DNA of 64,000 nt from Octopus bimaculoides (taxonomy: Eukaryota). The translations under genes were made by a program, and so were the position numbers. The first letter of the stretch is position 1, and the number at the start of each line of letters is the position of its first letter. The DNA is taken from the NCBI RefSeq assembly GCF_001194135.2, contig NC_068983.1, forward strand, positions 49,786,271 to 49,850,270, read 5' to 3'. Shown piece by piece: positions 24,948-36,413 of this stretch. Below the pieces are notes generated by a model. It was given only the letters and a program-made list of their open reading frames with translations, searched no databases and was not told the DNA's origin.

Positions 24948-25029
24948 CGAAAAAAAGTAAGGTAAAAATAAAACTTACGGTTGTGAGAGGGAGCATGACA
25001 GTTTGCGTCTGCCTGCTTCCTCCACACTC

Positions 25030-26520
25030 CCCTCAGCTGCTGGGGCTTTTTACCGGCGTTGTCACCGAGCTCTGGGTTGGTGTGGCTGCCGACTAATCAC
25101 TAGTTTTCCGGATATCACGTCGTGGGTGGCATCCTTGATCAAATTCTCCTTCACTACTTCTTGCAGCAATTTCTCCTTCCACTCTTCCTCTCCAATTTTC
25201 GCAAATCTCACTTCGCTGTCTGTACTCTTAAATGTCTTAATTCGGTGGTGCGCCTTTATTAAGCGAACCACCTTCTCGTTCTTTGCGTTGAAAGCTACAA
25301 TTCTATCAATGTTTTTAATTCCTTTTAATGTTGGTGGGTGGCGGGGATGGCAAAACGTTGGCCTACCAATGTAGTACCAGCGGGGTAGGTGTGGGGATTT
25401 TTTTTTTGTTGTTGTTCGTCATTTTTGTCAATAATGTTTTTTTTTTGTTTGGGGTGGGGAGTCCGGGGTATGGCCTTTTTTTCTTATGTGAGACACCATC
25501 GTGAAATCTATTTCTTTTTCATTCTCTAGGTTCTCCTCCTCCTCTTTTTCGTTCTTATTTTGTTTCACGTTCTTTATTTTTTCCTCCTTTTGGGATTCAG
25601 GTATTTTTTTTCCCCCTGTATTTTCTTTAGTTGTTGTAGCGTCGGTTTTGTTTTTCTGTGTTTATCACAGCGCTTTGGGGAGGGGTATCCACTATTTTTT
25701 TTTTTTGTGCAGGCTGAACGAACGTGGCTCTTCTGCCCGCATTTAAAGCATCTAGGCCTACGTCCTTCCACTGATACACGCATGGTACGCCCCTCCCCTA
25801 CGAAGATTATCTGGTAAATTTTCGAGGACTGCGTTATCTGCTTGAATGACCATTTCGAGGCTTTGACCCTTCCAGTTTGTTGCTTCTTTCCTCTTCATGC
25901 TTAAGATTGATAGCATCCCTTCTACGTCGTAGATAATTGCGGTTGCTACCCAATACACATCATATCCGTCGGGAATTTCTTCTATTGTAATTTTCGCCGT
26001 TCTACGGCCTAAATACGTAGGCAGCAGCATTATTTGGTCATTTTTAAGTGTCTGGGTTGACACCTCTTTCGCTACGTTTTCCGACTCGAAGTGTGCTTCT
26101 ATTATTGCACTCTTCACTCCTCGGCAAAAGTAGCGTATTTTCTTCCGAATTGGTGCCAAGCACCGCTCAACGATTTCATTTTTAACTTCCATGATTTTTT
26201 TTCTCCTTCAAGTTGTACACCTTGTAGACTACGGTTTTTTTTTTAATTGCTTCGATGGTCTCAAGGTGTGGTACCAACTTTGTTATGTCTCCTGATTTTT
26301 CAATTTAGTTTCTGAACTGGAGTAGCTTCTCCATAGCTACTTCCAGTTCAATTACGCTGCCGCCTACGGCGTCAGAAAAGCTCTGTTTTGCCTGGTTTTC
26401 CTTGTTTGTAACGGTATTATTGTTCATGGCTGTAACAGCACTTCTGTCCTTGGTTATAACGGTATTATTCCCTTCTCCCATCTCGGGAAAGTCGGTTTTT
26501 GAAGCCAGTTCAAATTCCAT
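25030..26520 (-). pseudogene. LINE A ORF1 (gag-like, single CCHC knuckle), frameshifted
   Basis: ORFs 26305..26520, 25758..26192, 25574..25783, 25062..25271; aligns to ORF1 of LINE B (LLPxYLGRRT, TNWKGQSLE, VEGRxPRCF). Confidence 0.85.
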
Positions 26521-26789
26521 AATGTTTTTTTTTTAATTATAAACATTGTCACAATTGACAAGAAAATCAATTAGCAAAAAAACAACCTCGAAAGGTTAAC
26601 AAGAAAAAACAGAAATCTTCTGCCCCATAGGGCGAAAATAACGGTAAAACAGTTCACCACAAAACAGTCCAAATAAACTATTCCACAAAAAAATATCAAC
26701 AAATAGGTAACCAGAAAGCGAACTCACATTAACCAGGGTAGCAACAATAAAGACGCAAAAGTCAAGCTTCGATGTGGTGTACACTCGAG

Positions 26790-27040
26790 TGAAATTCCTC
26801 TCTCTTCTTTATTATAAATACGTAGCAGATAACAGCTAAACTTTGGCTGCTATTTGGGCCCCGTTGTGTCCACTACTCTGATTGGTTTGTATTGGCGCAA
26901 TTTGTCTCTTAGTCTATCGCTCCAAAATGCAACTTAACCAATCGGAGTCCCTAAATAATATTGTCTGATATTGAGTTGTATACTGTGACCCTACCCCTCG
27001 CGGGGGAAGGAAATATATACAACCATTACAACTTTGAACT
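26790..27040. promoter_or_regulatory. Putative bidirectional promoter between the two LINE 5' ends
   Basis: Minus-strand TATAATAAA (26808-26816), ATTGG at 26881 and 26891, plus-strand CCAAT at 26938, TATATA at 27014. Confidence 0.45.
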
Positions 27041-27089
27041 GTGCTTTTGAAAAAAATATATTTGTTTAATTTTTGCGTTGATGCAAAAT

Positions 27090-28757
27090 ATGTCTTCGAC
27101 AGAAGAAATTGCTTCAAAAAATGCCTTCGTCAGAAGAAACTGCTTCCAAAAGGATGAATTTCGCCGCCGCTGTAGGCGGACAATAACATATTGTCGTAAA
27201 TATGGATAAAATAAAAAGTATTTCGAAATGATATCGGAAGAAAATGGAGAGAATAAGGTTTCGTCTCCCAGCGAGGTGATGAACAATATTAAGGAACGCA
27301 CGATTGTGTATAAAACCTATAACACTGAGAGGAAATCATTTGAATTTTTGGAAGAGACTGCCGTGGAAAAGTGCCTCGGGCATATTATGAAAGAAGTGAA
27401 GTATTTGGCTCGTGGCACCAAATTCGCAACTGTGGAAGCCAGGTTCGAATCCAGCGAGAGCGCAAGGAATCTCTCGACTCAAACCGTTACAAGTGGCAAA
27501 ATAATGTTGTTACCACTTTATCTGGGACGGAGGACGTCCAGGATAAAGATTCAACATATACCACCAGAGGTAGATGTAGACTGTATTATGGCTACACTAC
27601 TATACAAGAGAGAGGATAAAATAAACATAATCCTAGTAACGAGGGATGGCCCAACAAACTGGAAAGGGCAGTCCCTTGAGATATTGGTGCAGGCTTCCAG
27701 CCTCCACCTAGAAGAACTACCCGAGACCATAAATATCATCGATAAAATTGTCCCAATTCACGTTGAAGGACGTAAACCCAGGTGCTTCGATTGCGGAAAG
27801 AAGGGGCACCTGAGGTCCAAATGCTTGAAAAAGAAGGAACTAAATATAGAAGTGGAACCACAGGTCAAAGAGGCAGGCACACAACCGGTGACCACAGTGG
27901 CAGCATCGACGGCCAAGGTGACAGTCACTAAGTCGGTGGTTTACAAGTCTAAGAATAAGAGGTCGATAACCCAACCTGTGTCAACGGCGGCAGGGGAGGC
28001 CAATATGCAACCGACCACCAGTGAGATGGCACCGATGGCCTTAGAGGCCGTTCTAAAAACAGTAGCCAACAAAAACCAACAAGTGATCCAGCCAGTAACG
28101 ATAGAGGCGGCGCCGACAACCATGGAGGTCGTTACGAAGCCGGCGTTCTCAAACAACAGGCCAACAATACCGAAAGCCAAGGAAGCCTATATTCAGCCAT
28201 CAAATACAGAAGTGGCACCATTGGCCACGGAGGCTGGCACGAGGTCAGCGACAACCTCTGAAAATAATGCCCCTCGGAGTAATGTGGAGGAGGCACCCAC
28301 TAACAAGAAAGCAGCTTCAGCAAAAGAGACACCAGCAAGCGAAACAAGTGAGAAAGAATTCAAGGAGGTGACAAGAAAAAGAAGAGGAAGGACTCCCCTC
28401 CCTCTGAACTTGCCCCGAAAAACAAAATGGAGAAAAAAAGATCAACAAACCCATATAAAGGATTAATAGACTTCAAAAAAGATCTTCATACAATACAGAA
28501 CAAAGAACAAATATCTAGACGGGGTTATTAAACCCCATCTAGAGTCGAATGTGTATTTTGTAAACGACACCAAAAAGGCCATCACAACGGCCAAAGTACC
28601 AGAGAAACTGTACTACGATTTAAGGAAATGTCATCCGGAAGATATTCGGATAGTACAAAACCCTAGAGAGATGTTTGACCTGCCGGTTGAACACTTCGTC
28701 AAAGACAGTGGCCAAACGGAAGAAGGCGAAAGGGAAATCCACTCGAAACGAACGTAA
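27090..28757 (+). pseudogene. LINE B ORF1 (N-terminal domain, CCHC knuckle, T/A/P-rich repeats, C-terminal domain)
   Basis: Upstream MPSSEETASKRMNFAAAVGG matches SFSDAVGG of LINE A; main ORF 27228..28466; continuation 28551..28757. Confidence 0.85.
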
Positions 28758-28782
28758 GTTCAACCCTCTTTCCTTTTTCAAT

Positions 28783-31700
28783 ATGGCTATGCTAAGTATT
28801 GCTTGTTTGAATGTCCGTGGCCTGGGGTCGAAGAAGAAGCAGGCGACCTCAGAGCACACAAAATTGATGTTATGGTCACTACAAAGACCAGGCCGGACAA
28901 ACTACTGGACTTCACACCCCTCCTAAACGGCTACGACAAAATCATGTCCCCTAGCCGGGAGGGAGGGAGTAGAGGCGTAGTGATTTTGCTCCGGAAAAGC
29001 CTGGTCATGCAGACACGTACAATCTTCGTGGACCCAGAAGGCGAGTCGGTCGTTCTGGATCTGACAATCAGTGGTAAGGCCTTCGGGTTGGCTGGCATCT
29101 ACGCGCCTGGGACACCAAGCAAACGAGATGGCTTCTTTCGACGCCTGGAGAATGTTCTTGTGACATCTAAGACAGTAGTTGTGTTAGGTGATTTCAACGC
29201 TATTCTGGATGCCCGCCTGGATAGCGTCGGCTCTAACGCTAGGAAAAATGACTCGTGCCTCGGAGATCTACTGAAGCGATATAGGCTGGTAGATCGATTT
29301 CGATCTAGTAATCCGAGCGTGCCAATGTGGACTTGAACAAATCACGACGGATCGATCAGATCGTGTATAGATAGGATTATTGTAAGTGATAGAGATAAAG
29401 ATAGTCTAAATTGTTCACAGTTTACCTATGTACCCTACACGGATCATAAATTAGTGACGTGTACGGTACATATAGAGAAGGTCCATAGTCAGGGATCTGG
29501 CTACTGGAAGTTGAACAAGACTTTATTGAATTGTGAAACGTACCGTAGTCAGATTAAGGTGTTAGTAAAGAGGGCACTATCCGGCTCTGTGATTAACAAC
29601 CGGTGGTGGAGTGCCCTCAAAAGAGCCATTCGACTTGAGTCGATATGATATAGTAAACAGTTAAGTTTAGACCAGTCTAGAGTAGAACGGGATCTAATTA
29701 AGGCACTAGAAGAGGCATTGAGAATGGACTCTGCTTCACAAGTTTTGGCGGCAAGATCGGCACCTCAATGCCAAACACGAAGGATGCAGAGTTCGGGCTA
29801 AGTGTCGTGCAATGGGTCGTGAGGGTATCAATGTTGCCGGATTGGCCCGCTCGGAAGAAACCAGTCGTGGTGCGAAGGCCACGATTAGATCTGTGGTAAA
29901 TGAGCTTAAACAGGAGATCCAAAGACAGGAGGAGATATGTGAGGCCTTCCACGAGCACTTTGATACTTTGTTCGGGAGGAGCGGGACGCTGGACCGTGGG
30001 GACGCCTTACGGCGCTTCCTGGACGGCGGCCCGCGTCTCTCGGCTCGCGATGCTGAGCGCTGTGAAGGGCCGATCACGGCTGAAGAAGTCATAGAGGTAC
30101 TGTCCGAGTGCCCCGAGGAAAAGTCGCCGGAACTGGATGATCTTCCCTGCGAATTCTACAGTAGCATGCCAGACTTGTTCGGGAACATACTGGCCAGCGT
30201 TTACGCGAATTGGCAGCAGAATGGGAGAATTCCCAAAGCTGTGAGCCGAGGAGTGGTGACGCGGATCATGAAGGACTCGAGTAAAGGGGACGTTATTAAT
30301 AATTTCAGGCCCATAACTCTGCTTAACACAGAGTTAAAGATTTTGGCCAAGGTGCTAGCGAAGAGAGTGAGGGTTGTCGTGGGCGACCTGGTGGGAGAGG
30401 CACAGATATGTGCTATCCCAGGAAGGACGATACATGACAACCTTCACCTCATTCGCTACACCATAGAGCGGGTTGGTAAAATTCCTGGCAAAGGCGGGGC
30501 ACTGGTGAATTTAGACCAGTCTAAGGCTTTTGATAGGGTTGACCATGAGTATNNNNNNNNNNNNNNNNNNNNNNNNNNNNNNNNNNNNNNNNNNNNNNNN
30601 NNNNNNNNNNNNNNNNNNNNNNNNNNNNNNNNNNNNNNNNNNNNNNNNNNNNNNNNNNNNNNNNNNNNNNNNNNNNNNNNNNNNNNNNNNNNNNNNNNNN
30701 NNNNNNNNNNNNNNNNNNNNNNNNNNNNNNNNNNNNNNNNNNNNNNNNNNNNNNNNNNNNNNNNNNNNNNNNNNNNNNNNNNNNNNNNNNNNNNNNNNNN
30801 NNNNNNNNNNNNNNNNNNNNNNNNNNNNNNNNNNNNNNNNNNNNNNNNNNNNNNNNNNNNNNNNNNNNNNNNNNNNNNNNNNNNNNNNNNNNNNNNNNNN
30901 NNNNNNNNNNNNNNNNNNNNNNNNNNNNNNNNNNNNNNNNNNNNNNNNNNNNNNNNNNNNNNNNNNNNNNNNNNNNNNNNNNNNNNNNNNNNNNNNNNNN
31001 NNNNNNNNNNNNNNNNNNNNNNNNNNNNNNNNNNNNNNNNNNNNNNNNNNNNNNNNNNNNNNNNNNNNNNNNNNNNNNNNNNNNNNNNNNNNNNNNNNNN
31101 NNNNNNNNNNNNTCTGGTTTAGACCGGATCTCTAAGTAGAGAAGAACTGGAGCGAGGTGGCGAGCAAGGTGACGGACATAGCCCGGAAGTGGTCCGGGAG
31201 GACGTTATCCTTGTTGGGAAGGGCGGAGGTGACACAGGTGTTTATAGCCTCTGTAATAACCTACCGCCTAACCGTCGTGCCTTGTCCTGGTTCGTGGCTA
31301 AACAAGATGGAACGGATCCTGTTCCGCTTTTTGTGGAAAGGGAAAACGCCACTTGTGAGGCGCTCTGTTTCCTGCCAGAAACCGTTAAAGGGTGGACTAG
31401 GAATGCCTTGGTTGTTGATGCACAGGCACGCGCTGAGACTGAGGCATCTCTGGTGTTACCTGGATGGTGAGCAGGTGTGGTCACCGCACGTCAGACACTT
31501 GTTCCCGTATTTGGATTCCCTTGTGCAATTAGGCACATGGATCAAGCGTAGACTAAGGAAGGGAGATTGGGAGAGGGAGTGGAGTCAAGCACTCACTCTC
31601 TTCTCCCGGGTGAGCAATGCCGGCAACAGGGCTACCGCTGCGGATTTTTATAGAGGGTTGGTAGAGCGCAAGTTTGATGATGTCCTGGGGGGAAACTCTG

Positions 31701-32207
31701 GGCTTCGATGAGGAACAACTGACCAGCCTATTTAGAAGAACCTTCGGGCCGAGGTATATGGATAATCACCAGAAATCCTTGGCCTGGTTGTGTTATCGAT
31801 CGGCCTTACCTGTTCGGGAGAGGCTGTCAAGGCACGGTTGTGACATCTCCCCCACATGCCCGAGGTGCCGGCGTGACAGCGAAACTGTCACGCACGCCTT
31901 CGTACACTGCGAGGAGTTAAAAGTATTGATAGCATATGCCGAACGGCTGCTGTCGGACGTGGAAGGATTACGGCTCTCGACTGAGTCCATGATAAAGATT
32001 GTACCACCCTCGCAGGTTAACAACGAAAGAAGGTCATCTTTTCAGTGTATAGTGGCCTTGCTGAAAGAAACGGTATGGAAGACGCGTGTGCAAGGAATTG
32101 CGACAGGCCGCTTCATCTCCGGACAAGGGCTGATAGACTCTTTTAGTTACCTCTTGTCCCAAAAGATTCGTCTAGAAAAGCGGAGCCTGTCGCAGTGTAT
32201 ACAATAA
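28783..32207 (+). pseudogene. LINE B ORF2 (APE, RT, C-terminal Zn-finger), several frameshifts and stops
   Basis: ORFs 28803..29336, 29454..29648, 29812..31122, 31157..31711, 31674..32207. Confidence 0.92.
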
Positions 32208-35200
32208 AAGGTGGATGTCTGTGGTAAGAAAGATGAGTATAAAGGGAGCTGCGCTTGCAAAGCCAGTCAAAAAAGAAAAGAAAAAAAGATTTTAAAAAAA
32301 GGAAAAAGGAAAAATAGAGGAAAAAAAAAGGAAAATAACCGGCGGGTCAATAAATTGAACCCTGAACTTTTTATTTAATTCATTTTAATCATTTTTCATT
32401 TTAATTTTTAACTTTAAAAGTGTATAATCGTAAATTTTTAAACCCATTCGCATCGTCCAAAGTTTTGCAAGATTTGTGTATGTCTTTCTAACGTCCTTTC
32501 TTTTGTCCCATCTATATATAACCTTTATGGTTAATAAAGAAAATATTCAGTTCCAGACCTTTTACGATCAAGCCACTAACCACACGACACAGCTAGTTCT
32601 AGTGACAACGCCAGACAACACTCCATCTTCGTCGCCACCATCATGTCTCTCACTAAAGTCGTCAACATTTCTACGTACACAGCAACACTGCACAGGTTCT
32701 AACATAACACCGTTCGTGAACTACTTCACCATGGTTAACAACAAACATACAACCTCCGAGAACTGTACAAGTGATCCAGACAGCAGCATTACAGTCACAA
32801 CTTCGTACGACATGTACTGCAACCGGTTCTCAATCATCGCCACAACTTCTTGATACAGTATTTCTATCACCGTGTACAATTGACTACGAACTGGTATTTC
32901 TCATTCAAGTGTCTATGAACTTTCCTCTAACTTCTCATTTTAGAGTTTCACTTTCTTCCTCTTCATTGTTCTTATATGTACTTAACGCACACACAGACAC
33001 ACATATACTTTGCCCTCATGACGGCCTGTCATTCATTTTGTATACATGACACACACATGTTGACATACCAATAAAATCTGTCTCCAAACATTCTATTCGG
33101 TTGTGTCTCTTCTCTTTTTCCAGCTGGCACATCAAATATATTACTACAGCCTTCTGATCTGAGCCGTTATTAGATGGTCACACTACATTTCACCTTGACT
33201 ATCTATATACACACATGGAATGGATAGATAATAAATGAGCCTAGTGCTTTGGTGTACTATCATACCAAAAACGAATAAGGGTAGCATGAGGCTGTCAAAT
33301 CACAAATAATGCAAGAGTAACATGCAGATGAACTTGCATTGGAGTATGTGAAATTCAGAAGAAAGGGAGTGAATGCTTGCAATTTTACTCTGAATAAAAT
33401 TTTACTTTGAATTAAAGAGCCTATGGAATAAAGATACTTAAGTGTTAATCATTCACTGTTGTAAGTAATATTGTAAAATAGCTTAATTAATATAGTATCA
33501 GCATTTTGCATTGAAGTTTTATTACTTATCATTAAAGTTTTCAGCATTACCGGAAAACATATGGCCCTTCCATTAACACTAATTAATATTAACTATGGAA
33601 TGATCTTGGAGACATGATATAAATGTAGATAGTTCCATTATCGAATACTTCCGTTCTCTAAATAGTTTCATAATTGAATGTTAAGAGTGAATTAAAAATA
33701 TAATCAGTAGTGATAATAGGAATGAAAAGTTATGGAGTTCGATGTCATTCAGGAATATGTGTCAAAATATTGTCAAATGAATCGCAAGCAGTTCAACCAA
33801 AATATTCATACCGCACGAAGTCACAGTAAACCTGCAACACAGAAAATTTTGTCGCTCTTTGCTTGTCGCTTGGGTAACGTGGAAAAGAGAATAGGTTTAG
33901 TTGCTTGCGTGAATGACTTAAGCAAACTCGCGAATATTTAACTGAATGTTTATTTACAATGAACAATATAAATAACTGCCGACTAGGAGAGAGAGAAACT
34001 GCACTGAAGCTATAGACAGCTATCGGTGTGACAACATGAGCTCGGTCCAAAAATATACGAAGTTACTAGCGCAAATCTCCGAGGTGATAGAAATCCGTTG
34101 GTCTTCTGCGCAAGTTATTCAGCCAACTGAATTCTGCGACTAAATGACCTGCAAAAACGGTTTAAGTAAGGGACAAGTTTTATTCTAGAACAAATGTGGA
34201 AACTATATCACAGCACCGCCTCACACTGTATTAATGAAGTTGGTTAATGTTGGCATTATTACCCGGAAACGAAATCGAAAAAAAAAGAAAAAAAAGTGCA
34301 ACGGGTGTGTAAAACAAGGTGCAGAAAACAAATCTGAAAACAAAATAATGCGCGGAAAGCAACGAATGTGGGAGGACTTCGGGAGATTCACAGGATCCGA
34401 GTTTTTCCCTTGTTTCTTTGAGAACAATGGATATCTTTTAATGAAATTGTATATAAACACCTTTTAAACGGCATGCGTTACGGATGTCTAATGTGCAGTA
34501 AACCCCTTATTTTTCTTCGGAAAAAGAGCGTAGTGGTGGTGAGGGGGACCGGAATTATTGGAAAATGTTTTTCTTTTTTTCGATGAATGCATTACGGTGA
34601 GCTAATGTGCCACAAAACACTTTTGGGTCCGGAAAACGGGGGTTTAAAATTTCGTTAAATTTTTACAGCAAGTGCACCTTTATAAAAATTAGTGGTAACG
34701 AAGTCTGGACAGGAGAGAGAAAGAATGATACAAAATCCTTATATAAACCACGTTAGTGTTTGTGCGTGAGTGAANNNNNNNNNNNNNNNNNNNNNNNNNN
34801 NNNNNNNNNNNNNNNNNNNNNNNNNNNNNNNNNNNNNNNNNNNNNNNNNNNNNNNNNNNNNNNNNNNNNNNNNNNNNNNNNNNNNNNNNNNNNNNNNNNN
34901 NNNNNNNNNNNNNNNNNNNNNNNNNNNNNNNNNNNNNNNNNNNNNNNNNNNNNNNNNNNNNNNNNNNNNNNNNNNNNNNNNNNNNNNNNNNNNNNNNNNN
35001 NNNNNNNNNNNNNNNNNNNNNNNNNNNNNNNNNNNNNNNNNNNNNNNNNNNNNNNNNNNNNNNNNNNNNNNNNNNNNNNNNNNNNNNNNNNNNNNNNNNN
35101 NNNNNNNNNNNNNNNNNNNNNNNNNNNNNNNNNNNNNNNNNNNNNNNNNNNNNNNNNNNNNNNNNNNNNNNNNNNNNNNNNNNNNNNNNNNNNNNNNNNN

Positions 35201-35499
35201 NNNNNNNNNNNNNNNNNNNNNNNNNNNNNNNNNNNNNNNNNNNNNNNNNNNNNNNNNNNNNNNNNNNNNNNNNNNNNNNNNNNNNNNNNNNNNNNNNNNN
35301 NNNNNNNNNNNNNNNNNNNNNNNNNNNNNNNNNNNNNNNNNNNNNNNNNNNNNNNNNNNNNNNNNNNNNNNNNNNNNNNNNNNNNNNNNNNNNNNNNNNN
35401 NNNNNNNNNNNNNNNNNNNNNNNNNNNNNNNNNNNNNNNNNNNNNNNNNAATTTACCAAAATTTAATTTTTCAATTTTTCAAAAATCTATTATTCGTAT

Positions 35500-36413
35500 T
35501 TACTGTTAAAAAAACCTCAAGGATCGAAACCGGTTCTGTAATGTTGTTTATAAAAGTATTTTAGCATTTTCTACTTTGTCTTTTTTCTATATATATATAT
35601 ATAAGTTAAAAGGGTAAAGGTTTATCAATTTATTAATAAATCAACAATTAATAATTTTTACCAAGCCCTTCGGTATGTAAACACCATTATCGGTGGAGAA
35701 CTTTTAATAGTTCATATACATTTATAAACATAATTAAGGGATCAGCAAACATTTGCTTCACCACATACCGAAGTTTAGAAATTGCAGCTAAAAAAACTGA
35801 GTCTCCAACAGATAGCATTACTCGTAACTCACAAAGGCAAAAACAAGAAGAAAAAACAAAGAAAACTAACCATTCCGAAGTTAATCATAGACGCGTTTCT
35901 GGATTATGAGCGATAATACTCAATGTCCTTCATCGGTATGATATTCTAGTAGTAAATTCGACTATGCTAGCAAACCGTGCATGCATGAACAAGTGAACAT
36001 CATGCATCGACATAACCTGAAAGCATAACCGAATCTACCTCGGCCAGCCAGTCCACTATTTCTTCCTCAATAAATTACCATGTGTGTCACGAGCAATACC
36101 GCAAAGAATTTGCATTTACTATCAGGGAGTGAATAATTATTACAAATTAAAAGGGTAAAGGTTTATTAATTTATTAATAAATCAACAATTAATAATTTTT
36201 ACGAAGCCCTCTGTATGTAAACACCATTATCGGTGGAGAACTTATTTAAAAGTTCTTATACATTTATAAACATAATTAAGGGATCAGCAAACAGTTGCTT
36301 CACCACATACCGAAGTTCAGAAATAGCAGCTAAAACAGCTGAGACTCCAACAGATAGCATTTCTGAACTTCGGTATGTGGTGAAGCAAATGTTTGCTGAT
36401 CCCTTAATTATGT
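35500..36413. mobile_element. Penelope-like terminal structure (direct repeat, inverted repeat, hammerhead motifs)
   Basis: Direct repeat 35606-35819 / 36147-36361; inverted repeat 36270-36324 / 36359-36413; hammerhead-like motif 35884-35942 on minus strand. Confidence 0.5.
35884..35942 (-). ncRNA. Minimal hammerhead ribozyme with core substitution (CCGATGA)
   Basis: Stem I ATCATA/TATGAT, core CCGATGA, stem II GGA..TGAG/CTCA..TCC, GAAA, palindrome ACGCGT, GUC site. Confidence 0.6.

Larger units (their letters stand above)
21865..26790 (-). mobile_element. L1/Tx1-clade LINE 'A', decayed, 3'-truncated, two N gaps
   Basis: ORF1 pieces with CFKCGQKSHVRSAC knuckle; ORF2 start MIKLGSLNVRG, RT (KSPGLDGLPYEFY, YRPITLL, LDQSEAFDRVDH), C-terminal CPICEQDSETVQHAFVHC. 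Confidence 0.92.
27040..32545 (+). mobile_element. L1/Tx1-clade LINE 'B', essentially full length, decayed, one N gap
   Basis: ORF1 412 aa with CFDCGKKGHLRSKC; ORF2 from ATG 28783 MAMLSIACLNVRGL, GDFN, SCIDR, TDH, RT motifs, CPRCRRDSETVTHAFVHC; purine-rich 3' UTR ending AATAAAGAAA. Confidence 0.93.

Noticed and set aside
22126-24960. Long ORFs of 260-365 aa
   Set aside because: Mostly N gap; only the flanking residues are real and belong to LINE A
34689-35564. ORFs of about 250 aa
   Set aside because: Almost entirely N gap
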